Positions 38,571 to 49,771 are shown, counted from the first letter of the stretch. The stretch: DNA of 64,000 nucleotides from a virus (IMGVR_UViG_3300021957_000015:1-64000); one strand, 5' to 3'. Made by a program: numbers and translations. Notes: generated by a model from the letters alone, not told the origin.

Positions 38571-41500
38571 ATGGCAAAACAATTAATCATATTTGACACT
38601 AGCACATCACACTTAGATTCTTCTAATGTATGTTCTTACGATAGAAGTGGTACACAGTTAACTTTATACTGTAACGATCTTGATGATATTTTAACAGATG
38701 ACAATGTTCAATTATTTACGACATCTGCAGGTGCCGATACTGAAGATGATACGCTTGAGTGGACATTTAGCGGAGACGCTGGTGGTAATTGGTTTTATGT
38801 TCAAAGCATAGAAGGTACGAGTAGACATGGCGCTATTAAAATTCTACCAACGGGCGTAACAGCATCGGGCACAGATGGTAAATTTAGTGCATGTCCACCA
38901 ATATACTCTATTGAATTTCAGGATGACAACGGAAACGCGATCACTAACGCAAATGAAGGTGATACCGTTAAAATATATGTTGATGCATTCTCTGATACCA
39001 GTTTAAATGGTAACACAGTGTCTTTACAGATTGATGGTACTTACAATGGAGCTACTATAGATGACATATCTATAAGTTCATTAACTGACATTGTACTTAG
39101 TGTCGGATCTAGTGTAGGAGCAGATTCTAGACAATTTACAGGTGAGTTAGGATTTGACATCGTATCGGATGCAGACCCAACTGAAGAATTGGTAATTATT
39201 GCTACGCCGGAACAAGTAGGCAGTTCAGCTCAAACAATTACTTTAAATTTATTAGCTGCTCCAACGCCAACACCGACTGCAACTCCGACCGCAACACCAA
39301 CACCAACACCAACTCCTTTACCTGATTTTACATGTGCATTAGCTGCAGTAAACGTAGATGATTTAAATGGACTTGCAGTTGGTACGACTATAGACAGCAA
39401 TGATATACAAATTAGTAACGGTGGTACATTTAACAGTATTACGCCATTAGTTATAGGATCAAATACGCAAACATATGATGTAGTGGTTAATGTGCCATCT
39501 GGTTATAACAACAATGGTACTATTACATGTCAGGTAACAATTGCCGGAGATTCTGCCCCAACAGCTAACGATAACACAATATCGGCTACACAAGGCATAT
39601 CGACAGTGATTGATTTATTTAACTTAGTTATTGATGATAACACAAGCGATAGTAATTTAACATGGAGTATTTCTGAAAGTTCTACATTTAATGGGACGCT
39701 CAGTACGTTTAACCAAGCTACTGGCGCAATAATATATACTGCACCTCAAATATCATTTGGATCACCTGCTATACAGGATACATTTACATACACAGTAGAA
39801 GATAGCATAGGACAAACCGCAACTGGTACTATTACTATTAATGTAAGTGCCGCGAGTAATACTGCACCTACATTTAATAACACACCGTATAACATATCAG
39901 TTGAATTAAACTCAACTGAACCGATAGTTTTTCCGTTTAGCGCGACTGATCAAGAAAATCAAAATATTACATATAGTATTTCTGCGCCTACATTTGGTAC
40001 AGCAACAATAGATTTTAGCACAAATACTTTTTCATATTTGACTGCAGCCGGTAACACAGCACCTGATTCTTTTGTAATAACTGCAACAGACTCTGAAGGC
40101 GCTAGTTCTTCAGAAACTGTTAATGTAACTATTTCAGCTGGTACATATTATGCATTTAATAAAACAGGGTTTTTTGCTAGTGAAGATGAAGCATGTTTAA
40201 CTGAGACAATTAATATAGGATATGCTAGAGTTACTCAGTCTACAAAAATAAGTGATATTGCAGTAGGTGATGAAATCTATTTAGATGAAACAGGTAATCT
40301 GTTTATATCTAATAATGTTTCTAAGTATTTTAAAATTACTCAACTTACAGGAAATGGTAATTTATTAGAACAAGTAATATCTGTAAATTCGTCTGGTATT
40401 GTTGAATCTGTATCATCATGTTCTGTACAATCTGACAAATTTAAAGAGACACTTGTTAGATATTCTGGTTCTGAAACAAGTATTTGTAATAATTTTGGAG
40501 GTGAAAAAGTAAAAGTTGCGTATGGTGTTAACGATAGTTCTGATCCTGCTAAGGATTTACAAACCTTAGTTGCCGATAATACGATATTATTTGTTAGTAG
40601 TTATTGGGCTAACCAGTACTCAAACGGATTTAATGAAGATTTAGAAGGGCAGATACCAGCTGGTTTATATCAAGCAGAGTTTGAAACTTCTACTTATTAT
40701 AAAAGAGGAACTGAAAACAATTGGGTATCTAACCCTGGAGGTTGGTCATGTCCACCTGAAATAGTATATTCTACATATGAATTAAGTAACATATATTATG
40801 CAGATAATATTGATGAACTATGTAACGGTAAAACAACAACAACAAGTCTTTGGTATAGTTTACCCGAAGGCGAAGCTACTAAAGATTTCGACACTATAGT
40901 AAATCTTAATATTCCTGTTTACACTTCCCAACTTACAGCTTCTGAAAATACAATAGAAGGTTTAGCTCAAAGCGGAGTGTATTCTAATAACCTTGATGGT
41001 AGCGGATATGTATGGAATAATGAGGGTGACGGATTTGATTTTAGTTGGTTTGGCTTTAATAGTCAAAATCAATTTATAAAATCAAATGGATCTACTCAAA
41101 TTTTTACACAAAATTGTAACATTATAAAGGCACCTAATATTAATCTTACTAATTTACCAGGAGAAATAGAGGGTGATAGAGGTATAAACGATACCAATGT
41201 GTATTACGCATTCTATGGATGTGAAGCATACGAGGATCAAGATAATAGATTAGGCACTGAGTCATATTATTGGAAATTATATGTAGTAGACGCGGGCGTT
41301 GATGTAGTATTGGATGAAAATGTAACAGTACAAGTAGGCCAAAGCTATCTTAACGATTTTATAAATACATGGCGAGATTCATCAACAGCAGACTATTCAA
41401 CAGATATTGTTTTTCAACCAAATGGATTTAAGTGTGTCTCTTATGTAAATACAATATATGCAGAGGATATAAACAATGCAGCTAATAAGCTTAGTGATCA

Positions 41501-44500
41501 TGGCTACGGAGCAATTAATGATATTAAAATAGTTACTACAAATCCTGTAAATTTAGGATTTGGTAGTGAAAACACAGTAAACATTTATTCTACATGTTTT
41601 GATTGTAGGAATGAATTAAATATAAAAGATAGTTATACCTTTCCAGTAGTTAATGATGCTGCGCTAGATGCATTAGGTCCTAATTTTGATTTAGAAACAA
41701 ATTATAAATTAGATAATGTTTCTAAGCCATTGTTAAGAACCAACCCTAAACTTACAACCAATGTAAAATTAGTTGTAAATTCTGAAGATAAATTATACTT
41801 GGAAAGCATAAGTGCTACAAAAGAATTAGCTGCAATAGAATACAAGAAATTCCCAATAAACAAGGATGGAAAATATTCATACGATGTTGCTAATTTCTAT
41901 AATGTAAATATGACTCCTAATGATCTTATGTTTACTACAAAAAGAGACTATTCAGATATTACTGTTTTAGATTCTTATGAGAAGCAACTAGAAGAGACAT
42001 ACCAGTATGGGACTAATTACAATGCATCAAAATTACATAGTGAAGACTTTAGGATTTTTGCACCTATTTGGTTAGATACAAATATTCCTAAAAACTTTGT
42101 AATTTACAGAGTAAATGATCCAGTAGGATCTCTAAATCTAGGAAACAATGCTGCTGATAATTTTAACAGAATAAAAAGTATATTAAAGAATTCTGAAATA
42201 ATAGAAACGTTTGATTTAACAAGAGATTCTAATATAGGTAACTATTTAAGGAATCATATTCAAGACGAAACATTCCCATCATCTCCGTTAACTATTAATT
42301 TTGAAAAATCTGCAAAATCTAGTTTTAATGGAATAGATCTTATTAAAGGTGGGTTTACACGTAAAGCAGAGTATTTGTATAAGAGTTATTCATTAACAGA
42401 TAAACCATTGATAGAAGCTAACGATTTTATTACAGATTCGTTTAAAAGAAATGAAATTGCTTCCGCAAATTTAATCAACTTAGAATTTTTATTTAACGAT
42501 GACTCGGCTACTGAATATAGCATTAATAGGTATTTCGGTATATATGTTGATGATATAGAATCGGGATATGGTAGAGTTGTTTCGGTAGATGGTAAGGTAT
42601 ACACATTTAAGGAATTAAATTCTACAGTAGATGCTAATGTACCTGAAACTGCTATACCATCATACAATCAAATTAGTAATATGCCGATGTTAGGATATGT
42701 TTCGGCTGGTAATAAATTCTTTAATATTTCTAGTAACACATATTACGATGCTAATCAATGGAAGGTTGCAGTAGAGGACGGTAGTAATAAAATTCAAGAA
42801 CATTTAGGTATTCAAAGCACTAATAGATCAGTTGATCTAGTGTCTAATGATGATCATGGTTATGACTTTATTAAGTTGAGTATAATTGATACTCCGTATA
42901 CTAATGATTCATTAGGAATTACTTATATTAAGGAGGAAGCTAATAGGTTTACATTCATTAAACATGTAGCAAACCAGACTATTAGGTTTGAAATAGATGA
43001 TCCTTCTGACTTTCAGAATACTTTAACGTTTTCTGTAAATAGTCAAAGTACAATAACTGACACAATAGCCGCTATTAAAACACGCGTTGAAACTGAAACA
43101 GATGAGGACTTACCTTTATTTAAAGAAATATATGATATTACATTTGACGATAAGTCAATATTCTTAACTGAAAAGAGAGCTAACTTAGGAGACTTTAATT
43201 TAAGAATTACATCACAAGGTGATTGTATTATTAGAAATGATTCTATTCAAACTAATGTAGGTTTAGAAAAGCACACTTATTATGCTGAGTCCCAGTTAGA
43301 AGCTAAATCATTTAAAGGTTTAAGATATTCTAATCTAGGTACATCTACTGATATTGCAGTTGCTTTATCTTCTTGTATAAACGCAAACGAAACAGAGTTT
43401 ACTTCTATTAACGTAGGAGCTAACGTGTATATTATTAGTAATGTATCTGGTTATCAGTTAATGCAATCTTGTGTTTTATTAGGTAAGACCAATGTAAACG
43501 ATTTTGTTTTATTAGAAAATCTAGATAGCTTAAATAAGCTTAATCTAAGACAGAATTTTCAATTCCTAAGCGGTCAAGCTATTTTACAAAAATTTAATGC
43601 ATATTATTTATCAGGTGGAAATGCGCCAGAAAAATCAGTTTTTGTAAATAACGAAACCGTAAGTGAAATAAACATTAATGATTATATAGAAACCAGATAT
43701 AAAGGTGTATACAATAAAGTTATAGACATAGTTGAAGATATTAGAACGTCTGATAACATATATTCGAAGGTTATTTTAGAAGACAAAAACGATTTAAGTT
43801 CAGGCGATACTAAAATATTTTACGAAAATGAAATTAGATTAGGTTTATTTTCTGCATATAATATCTACGATATGAATTTTGATTTCTATGATACTGATAA
43901 CTCTGAATTAAAAGAATTGGCATACGAAACTCAAGAAGAGATAGAGTATGAACCATATATAAATGCTATTAACAATATTGATGAGGCAACCGGTATAGAA
44001 ACGACCATATTAAGTGCTAGAGATATCTTTAGTGAAGATTTCGAACTAAACCCAATAAATTATTTTTCTAATTTATCTAAAATATTAACAGAGGAATCTG
44101 TTGATGAAGAAGAAGACGAACAATTAACTTCAGAGTATGACAGACTTAAAGAGAACAATTTAAAAAAATATGCAACTAATTCTAGAATAGTACCTAATAT
44201 TAATAAGTGGGTACTTAAGGATACTGTAACAGTTAGGGAACAGCCATATTATTTAAATGTTAACGAAGCATTTGGTAGAACTAATTTCTCCCCGGATTTA
44301 ACAGTATCTGAAAGAAGTCGAGAGTCTATGACACATGAGTGGTTTTATTTAGAGAAGCCACCAAAATATTTAAAATATAATCAACTTAATGACACATTTA
44401 GTTATGTTAATTTTATAGAAGGTTTTGATTTAAGCGCTAATTTATTTAAAAGCACTACTAACAATTATTTTGATAAATTCATGATCAGTGATGGTTTTGA

Positions 44501-46640
44501 AAAAACATTGACTAGTGAAGATTTAGTATCTATATATAGCGACATAAATGAAAACGACACAGAACTTAATTCATTAGAAGGTGAAATAACTTCATTTATT
44601 AAAACTAACATTCTTAAAAAATATACACTAATCGAAGGTGGAAATAATGTATCTTTTGCTAGTACTATATTTAAAGGGATTAAGGTTGATTTTAAAAATA
44701 GAAAAGAATTTGTAAATAGTACTGCTAGTGAATTTGTAAATAGTAGTGAATTTAACGGTTACAAATTTAGTATTTTACTTAAAGTAAATGATAATGTTGA
44801 AACTAATAGTATAGAGTATGAAGTAATTCAAAACAAAGAATTCAAGTTTGTTATTATGTATATTACTTTAAACTTAGGTGATTATTGGATTGATGGAAAC
44901 ATGAATAGAAAATTATTGTATGAATTAAATCATAAAATAGTTTTTGATTCTAATCAAAATGATTTTACATACGCAGATACTAAGTTTAACGGAGCATTAC
45001 AATTTAATAGTACATCTGTAAACTGGGCAGAAGAAGGACCATATACTATTCCGGGTATTCCACATCTTAACGGAAGTTTACCTAAATTTGATTCTCAGAT
45101 AACTTTAGGTGATGATGGATTATATGGTGATATTTACATAGACTTATTTCCAAATGACGATACTAATTCTATTTATAAAGTTAGTGTAGCGGGTGTTGAA
45201 TCTGATAATTCTATAAAAATCACAGGAAAACCTGTTAATGACAATGGAGATATACTCAACATTGAATTTTTACCTAATTCTATTCAAAAGAACGCTTCAT
45301 ATTCATATGTTGGTGGAGGTGCAAACGCACATAGAGTTATATTAGAAAATTTAACAGCTAAATCAGTTGCTGATCTAGTTAATTTAAATAATAATGATGT
45401 TACATATACTACTATAGAAAGTGACGGAACAATTTTAAATAATCAATTTGTAATAAACTTCAGCGATGGTACTGAAATAATAACCAGATCTGACCTGAAT
45501 ATAGAAGAAGACACCGATAAACCCAAGAGTTTTAAATTATTTAAGGGTAATATTGGATATAATCTAATAAAAGAACAAGAGTATTACCCATTCTTAATAA
45601 GACAAAACGGTAAATATACAGTAGATATGAAACCTGTTGTGACATTTACTGATGCGTATTCTCATTTTAAAGTTAATAGATTACATTTAACATCTAACGA
45701 TAACGAATTATTATTTGAACAATCATTGTATAAACATTCGTTAACAGATATAACTGAATTTAACAGAGCAGCTGCTTACTATAAGAAATATAATAAATGT
45801 GGAATAGTATTTAACTTAGGTTATATTAGTGATACTGGTAATCACGATTCAAATTGGGGATTAATAAAAAATCATTTCTATCATAAAGTAAATGAAATAA
45901 ATCCAGGAGGTGTAACTAAACTTTCTGCAACAAGTGATAAATTACCACTTTATCCTTTAATTGGAGAAATAGCAATAGATAAAAAAGACGTAAACGTATT
46001 TAGATCTTCATGGGATTCTGATTATTATACAAGGTCTCTTGCCGGTGGAAATTCGACAAACGTACCCGGAACTTTAGACACACATGAAGAAAGATCATAT
46101 ATGTCCTCTACTGTAATGAAACCTAAGTATTCCTATAATCTTTTAGATTTTAATACATCTTATGTTTCTTCGGAAGAAGAGTTAGATGACATATTAAGAA
46201 ACGGTGATAATTCAAGTGATACCGTATTATTTGAAAATAAAAATTACATTATTATAGACTTTTACATAAGTGATACACTAATTACTAAACTTGCAAAAGA
46301 AGGTGTATTAGATAGCATATCTAAATATGTTTTACCCGCTAATTCAGCTGGAAATAAAGAAACATTAAATGACGATGCACTTATGTATGCTGAGAATAAT
46401 TTAATAAAAACATATATACTTGATTCAGTTCAATTATACACAAAACAATTTAAGGGCAAAGGATCTAAGATTATTAATGCAGTTACTGTAGATCAATTAG
46501 ATGCAGATGGATTTACTCCAGATAATAATAATTTTGCATATAGAAATCACATTCAAAAGCCAATGAATTTTAGGTTGATATATAATAAAAGATTAGGCTA
46601 CTCTTATGATATAAAACCTATGATAAAAATAAAGTCATAA
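38571..46640 (+). CDS. 2689-aa virion protein with N-terminal Ig/cadherin-like domains and a PT linker
   Basis: APTANDN...DTFTYTVED..G.TATGTITINV, NTAPTF...SATDQE, DSFVITATDSEG; PT repeat at about 39261-39317. Confidence 0.7.
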   Translation: MAKQLIIFDTSTSHLDSSNVCSYDRSGTQLTLYCNDLDDILTDDNVQLFTTSAGADTEDDTLEWTFSGDAGGNWFYVQSIEGTSRHGAIKILPTGVTASGTDGKFSACPPIYSIEFQDDNGNAITNANEGDTVKIYVDAFSDTSLNGNTVSLQIDGTYNGATIDDISISSLTDIVLSVGSSVGADSRQFTGELGFDIVSDADPTEELVIIATPEQVGSSAQTITLNLLAAPTPTPTATPTATPTPTPTPLPDFTCALAAVNVDDLNGLAVGTTIDSNDIQISNGGTFNSITPLVIGSNTQTYDVVVNVPSGYNNNGTITCQVTIAGDSAPTANDNTISATQGISTVIDLFNLVIDDNTSDSNLTWSISESSTFNGTLSTFNQATGAIIYTAPQISFGSPAIQDTFTYTVEDSIGQTATGTITINVSAASNTAPTFNNTPYNISVELNSTEPIVFPFSATDQENQNITYSISAPTFGTATIDFSTNTFSYLTAAGNTAPDSFVITATDSEGASSSETVNVTISAGTYYAFNKTGFFASEDEACLTETINIGYARVTQSTKISDIAVGDEIYLDETGNLFISNNVSKYFKITQLTGNGNLLEQVISVNSSGIVESVSSCSVQSDKFKETLVRYSGSETSICNNFGGEKVKVAYGVNDSSDPAKDLQTLVADNTILFVSSYWANQYSNGFNEDLEGQIPAGLYQAEFETSTYYKRGTENNWVSNPGGWSCPPEIVYSTYELSNIYYADNIDELCNGKTTTTSLWYSLPEGEATKDFDTIVNLNIPVYTSQLTASENTIEGLAQSGVYSNNLDGSGYVWNNEGDGFDFSWFGFNSQNQFIKSNGSTQIFTQNCNIIKAPNINLTNLPGEIEGDRGINDTNVYYAFYGCEAYEDQDNRLGTESYYWKLYVVDAGVDVVLDENVTVQVGQSYLNDFINTWRDSSTADYSTDIVFQPNGFKCVSYVNTIYAEDINNAANKLSDHGYGAINDIKIVTTNPVNLGFGSENTVNIYSTCFDCRNELNIKDSYTFPVVNDAALDALGPNFDLETNYKLDNVSKPLLRTNPKLTTNVKLVVNSEDKLYLESISATKELAAIEYKKFPINKDGKYSYDVANFYNVNMTPNDLMFTTKRDYSDITVLDSYEKQLEETYQYGTNYNASKLHSEDFRIFAPIWLDTNIPKNFVIYRVNDPVGSLNLGNNAADNFNRIKSILKNSEIIETFDLTRDSNIGNYLRNHIQDETFPSSPLTINFEKSAKSSFNGIDLIKGGFTRKAEYLYKSYSLTDKPLIEANDFITDSFKRNEIASANLINLEFLFNDDSATEYSINRYFGIYVDDIESGYGRVVSVDGKVYTFKELNSTVDANVPETAIPSYNQISNMPMLGYVSAGNKFFNISSNTYYDANQWKVAVEDGSNKIQEHLGIQSTNRSVDLVSNDDHGYDFIKLSIIDTPYTNDSLGITYIKEEANRFTFIKHVANQTIRFEIDDPSDFQNTLTFSVNSQSTITDTIAAIKTRVETETDEDLPLFKEIYDITFDDKSIFLTEKRANLGDFNLRITSQGDCIIRNDSIQTNVGLEKHTYYAESQLEAKSFKGLRYSNLGTSTDIAVALSSCINANETEFTSINVGANVYIISNVSGYQLMQSCVLLGKTNVNDFVLLENLDSLNKLNLRQNFQFLSGQAILQKFNAYYLSGGNAPEKSVFVNNETVSEININDYIETRYKGVYNKVIDIVEDIRTSDNIYSKVILEDKNDLSSGDTKIFYENEIRLGLFSAYNIYDMNFDFYDTDNSELKELAYETQEEIEYEPYINAINNIDEATGIETTILSARDIFSEDFELNPINYFSNLSKILTEESVDEEEDEQLTSEYDRLKENNLKKYATNSRIVPNINKWVLKDTVTVREQPYYLNVNEAFGRTNFSPDLTVSERSRESMTHEWFYLEKPPKYLKYNQLNDTFSYVNFIEGFDLSANLFKSTTNNYFDKFMISDGFEKTLTSEDLVSIYSDINENDTELNSLEGEITSFIKTNILKKYTLIEGGNNVSFASTIFKGIKVDFKNRKEFVNSTASEFVNSSEFNGYKFSILLKVNDNVETNSIEYEVIQNKEFKFVIMYITLNLGDYWIDGNMNRKLLYELNHKIVFDSNQNDFTYADTKFNGALQFNSTSVNWAEEGPYTIPGIPHLNGSLPKFDSQITLGDDGLYGDIYIDLFPNDDTNSIYKVSVAGVESDNSIKITGKPVNDNGDILNIEFLPNSIQKNASYSYVGGGANAHRVILENLTAKSVADLVNLNNNDVTYTTIESDGTILNNQFVINFSDGTEIITRSDLNIEEDTDKPKSFKLFKGNIGYNLIKEQEYYPFLIRQNGKYTVDMKPVVTFTDAYSHFKVNRLHLTSNDNELLFEQSLYKHSLTDITEFNRAAAYYKKYNKCGIVFNLGYISDTGNHDSNWGLIKNHFYHKVNEINPGGVTKLSATSDKLPLYPLIGEIAIDKKDVNVFRSSWDSDYYTRSLAGGNSTNVPGTLDTHEERSYMSSTVMKPKYSYNLLDFNTSYVSSEEELDDILRNGDNSSDTVLFENKNYIIIDFYISDTLITKLAKEGVLDSISKYVLPANSAGNKETLNDDALMYAENNLIKTYILDSVQLYTKQFKGKGSKIINAVTVDQLDADGFTPDNNNFAYRNHIQKPMNFRLIYNKRLGYSYDIKPMIKIKS
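46577..46584 (+). promoter_or_regulatory. Putative late promoter GATATATA within the 3' end of the upstream gene
   Basis: About 60 nt upstream of ATG 46642. Confidence 0.55.
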
Positions 46641-46641
46641 A

Positions 46642-48033
46642 ATGGCAATCAATATTAGAGAAATACTACACCCGAGTGATTCTGATTCTATTAAGTTTGA
46701 GAAAATCAACTACAACTTTGATCAGATTCTTGCTAACGGGGGAGGACCAAGAGGCCAAAAAGGCCAAAAAGGACAATTAGGAAATTCAGGTTTAACTGGA
46801 GAAAAAGGAATCAAGGGCGATCAGGGTATTCAGGGTCTTAAAGGAGAGATTGGTACTACTAATACACCTTGGTTTAGTATTGATCCTAGTGGCAACACTG
46901 ACTTTAAAATTTTAAAACCAAAAAGATTAGGTTTACAATATACACCCGTCATATATTTAGGTGATGATTTATTTGACGAAAGTACGTCTTCGTTTGGTAT
47001 TGATAGTGGACTTAATGCTAAGTTAAATATTAAAAAAGATTCTAACGCATTTGATAACTATGTTACATTAATAGATGATGTTAGTGATCAAAAAATAGTA
47101 TTAACTAGTACATATAATTCAGCCTCTCAAATAACTAGATTTGCAATACAAAACGCATTTGGTGCAACAAATATTAAATTTGCGATAAGCGTAGATGATG
47201 TAGAAATAGCGGCACAAAATGAAATTGCTATAGTAGGTACAAATGGAGTGAAATTACAATCAGGTGGTACTAGTGATATTAAATTAGAAACTTTAGGTAC
47301 TGGTAAATTAGATGTTGATGCAAACTCAGAATTTAAAGGATATGTTAGACTTAATAACTCAACAGATCCTATATCACCAGTAGCAGGTATGATAAGATAT
47401 AATTCTTCTAATAATAAATTTGAAGGTTATTTTTCTTCTAATGAATGGAAAGAACTATGTACTGAATGTGGAAGTGCGGTACCTAATAGTATTATTATAA
47501 ACGGCGGGGATATAAATGCAAATCAAGATGGTTCACCGGTAAATAATAATAGTGTTGTCATAAGCGGCGGGGATATAAATGCAAATCAAGATGGTTCGCC
47601 GTATGGTGAAAATACGCCTACACCAACACCTACTCCAACACCAACGCTTGAAGAGACAGGAACAATTGTTATCAAAGAGAATGGTACTGGTAATATAGTT
47701 ACAGAGTATTCCTTAGATGATTTTGCTGGAGGTCCAGGTTCAGACTCTGTATCGCTTACGTATAATCATAGCGGTGGAAGTGTAAACGAAGACTTACCAA
47801 TAGTCTTAGCTAAGGATAATGATATTAGTGTCTCATTTGTTCACGGTACATGGACAGGTGGAATAACATACGGTGGAATGACAATTCAAAGCATATCACC
47901 AGGTGCAGAATTTCCGGTCGGCAAAAACTTAGATGATTTAATAATACAAAATCCTCATGATATTAATGCAACAGTTACATTAACAGGAAGCTTGGTAGAA
48001 GGTTATTCCGGTGGAAAAGGTGAGAATGGTTAA
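46642..48033 (+). CDS. Collagen-repeat tail fibre-like protein
   Basis: KINYNFDQI then about 13 Gly-X-Y triplets; GMIRYNS...FEGY motif; PT linker. Confidence 0.75.
   Translation: MAINIREILHPSDSDSIKFEKINYNFDQILANGGGPRGQKGQKGQLGNSGLTGEKGIKGDQGIQGLKGEIGTTNTPWFSIDPSGNTDFKILKPKRLGLQYTPVIYLGDDLFDESTSSFGIDSGLNAKLNIKKDSNAFDNYVTLIDDVSDQKIVLTSTYNSASQITRFAIQNAFGATNIKFAISVDDVEIAAQNEIAIVGTNGVKLQSGGTSDIKLETLGTGKLDVDANSEFKGYVRLNNSTDPISPVAGMIRYNSSNNKFEGYFSSNEWKELCTECGSAVPNSIIINGGDINANQDGSPVNNNSVVISGGDINANQDGSPYGENTPTPTPTPTPTLEETGTIVIKENGTGNIVTEYSLDDFAGGPGSDSVSLTYNHSGGSVNEDLPIVLAKDNDISVSFVHGTWTGGITYGGMTIQSISPGAEFPVGKNLDDLIIQNPHDINATVTLTGSLVEGYSGGKGENG
47502..47597 (+). repeat. Direct repeat, 33-nt identical core with a 63-nt period
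   Basis: CGGCGGGGATATAAATGCAAATCAAGATGGTTC at 47502 and 47565 (GGDINANQDGSP twice). Confidence 0.9.
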
Positions 48034-48066
48034 AATAAAATAAATAAGAAATAAAAATAACATAAA

Positions 48067-48945
48067 ATGGCAGATTTACAGTTAAATAATAAATACACTA
48101 GAACTATAACAGTAGTTCCAAGCGGTAGTAGCTATACTTGGGAAGGAGTTGAAGAAACTCCATGGATTTCAATTTCACAAGTAGGTAGTTCTGATGAATG
48201 GGAAATTACAGTAGAAGAAAACAATACTAATGCATCTAGGGCCCAAATATTAACGGTGCGACATGGTGATGGTTCAACAACTGCTCAAATTACTGTAAAT
48301 CAGGCAGGTAGTGATGGGGTTAATGTAACACCAACTCCTACTCCTACTACAGCTACGACAATTTCATTTGGAGCACACAATATGATTGGATGTGATACAC
48401 CAACCACCGATACATATACTTATGTAGATAATGGTGCATTCGAAGTTGGTGATTCGGTTAACGGAATTGGAGACGGTCAGTATATTCGTGTAGTTACAGC
48501 TGCAACAGGTAGTGCAACTGCTAATATAGGTCAAAAGTTTGCTATTCAAGACGAAGAAATTATGTCTATTGGAAGTTGTGAGAATACTATTTCCTTTGGT
48601 GCTACTGGTCAGACGGCATGTGATACACCAACCACAGGCACATATACTTATGTAGATAATGGTCCATTTGAAGTTGGTGATACGATTAGTGGAATTGCAG
48701 ACGGTCAGTATATTCGTGTAGTTACAACCGCAACAGGTAGTGCAACTGCTAATATAGGTCAAAAGTTTGCCATTCAAGACGGAGAAATTATGTCTATTGG
48801 AAGTTGCGATGACCAACCAACGCCGACCCCAACACCGACGCAGACGATTATGCAAAGCCCATCAAGTTCTAAATTTGTAGGCATGCCAACACCGACACCA
48901 TCCCCAACACCTAGTATGTCAGTATCAGAACAAATCATTAGATAA
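48067..48945 (+). CDS. BACON-like domain protein with two tandem Cys-bounded repeats and PT linkers
   Basis: PWISIS...ITVEENNTNASRAQILTV....ITVNQAG; 76-aa unit twice. Confidence 0.75.
   Translation: MADLQLNNKYTRTITVVPSGSSYTWEGVEETPWISISQVGSSDEWEITVEENNTNASRAQILTVRHGDGSTTAQITVNQAGSDGVNVTPTPTPTTATTISFGAHNMIGCDTPTTDTYTYVDNGAFEVGDSVNGIGDGQYIRVVTAATGSATANIGQKFAIQDEEIMSIGSCENTISFGATGQTACDTPTTGTYTYVDNGPFEVGDTISGIADGQYIRVVTTATGSATANIGQKFAIQDGEIMSIGSCDDQPTPTPTPTQTIMQSPSSSKFVGMPTPTPSPTPSMSVSEQIIR
48358..48807 (+). repeat. Tandem duplication with a 228-nt period
   Basis: TISFGA...CDTPTT.TYTYVDNG.FEVGD...DGQYIRVVT.ATGSATANIGQKFAIQD.EIMSIGSC at 48358 and 48586. Confidence 0.93.
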
Positions 48946-48961
48946 GAAAGACTAAATTTAT

Positions 48962-49765
48962 ATGGAAATAATTAAGAAAATATTTGGCAATAAGAACACC
49001 CTAACATTTGTACTGGGTGCTCTTTTTGTGTTGTTATTTTTAAGACAATGTAACCAAGTGGCCTCTTTGAAACAAGATGTTAAATATGCGCAAGAAGACG
49101 CTAGTATTTCTTTAAATAATTTGTTAGCTTCCCAAGATTCTGTTACGGTTTTAAAAAATACTAACGGTGATCAATTGGCACAAATAAGATCTTACAAAGT
49201 TGATTTATCAATTAAAGATAATAAACTTATTAAGATGACTAATAAGTATAAAAAAGCGCTAGACTTAAATGATGATTTATCAGATGTTAATTCCTTGATA
49301 TCTGCTGAATTAGAAATTAAAGATAGTTTACTAGCAAACGCAAGCGTAACTCAAATAGATTCAACTACTGCTGAAGTTAAGTATGAATCATTTAAAGATT
49401 ATGGAAGTGGTAACAGTAGATCTCTATTTGGAACTTCTACATTAAAATATGATTTCGGTCAATTTAGAGTTTTAGATAGTAAATTTGAATTAAAACAAAC
49501 ATTGAGTTTGTTTGCTGCGATAGAAAACGTAGACGGTGCAGATAAATTAAAATTAAGTACTAGTTATCCTGGCATAGAAATTAAAGACATTGAAAACATA
49601 AACTTAATCAACACTCGTTTAAATAGAAAACTTGAAAAAAAATCAGGGTGGTCTATTGGAATTGGAGTTGGTTATGGAATAAACTTAAATAATAATCAAA
49701 TAATTAGTACTGGTCCTTCTATTGGTTTAGGAGTGTATTGGTCACCTAAATTTTTGAGATTCTAA
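48962..49765 (+). CDS. Membrane-anchored coiled-coil protein with a C-terminal beta-hairpin (candidate spanin-like lysis protein)
   Basis: N-terminal TM helix, coiled coil, WSIGIGVGYG...SIGLGVYW...F end. Confidence 0.5.
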   Translation: MEIIKKIFGNKNTLTFVLGALFVLLFLRQCNQVASLKQDVKYAQEDASISLNNLLASQDSVTVLKNTNGDQLAQIRSYKVDLSIKDNKLIKMTNKYKKALDLNDDLSDVNSLISAELEIKDSLLANASVTQIDSTTAEVKYESFKDYGSGNSRSLFGTSTLKYDFGQFRVLDSKFELKQTLSLFAAIENVDGADKLKLSTSYPGIEIKDIENINLINTRLNRKLEKKSGWSIGIGVGYGINLNNNQIISTGPSIGLGVYWSPKFLRF

Positions 49766-49771
49766 AACAAT

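Noticed and set aside
47502-48912. Direct repeats as a possible CRISPR array or DGR template/variable pair
   Set aside because: Only two copies each, in frame within coding sequence, with no unique spacers, no clear adenine-specific variation and no reverse transcriptase in the window
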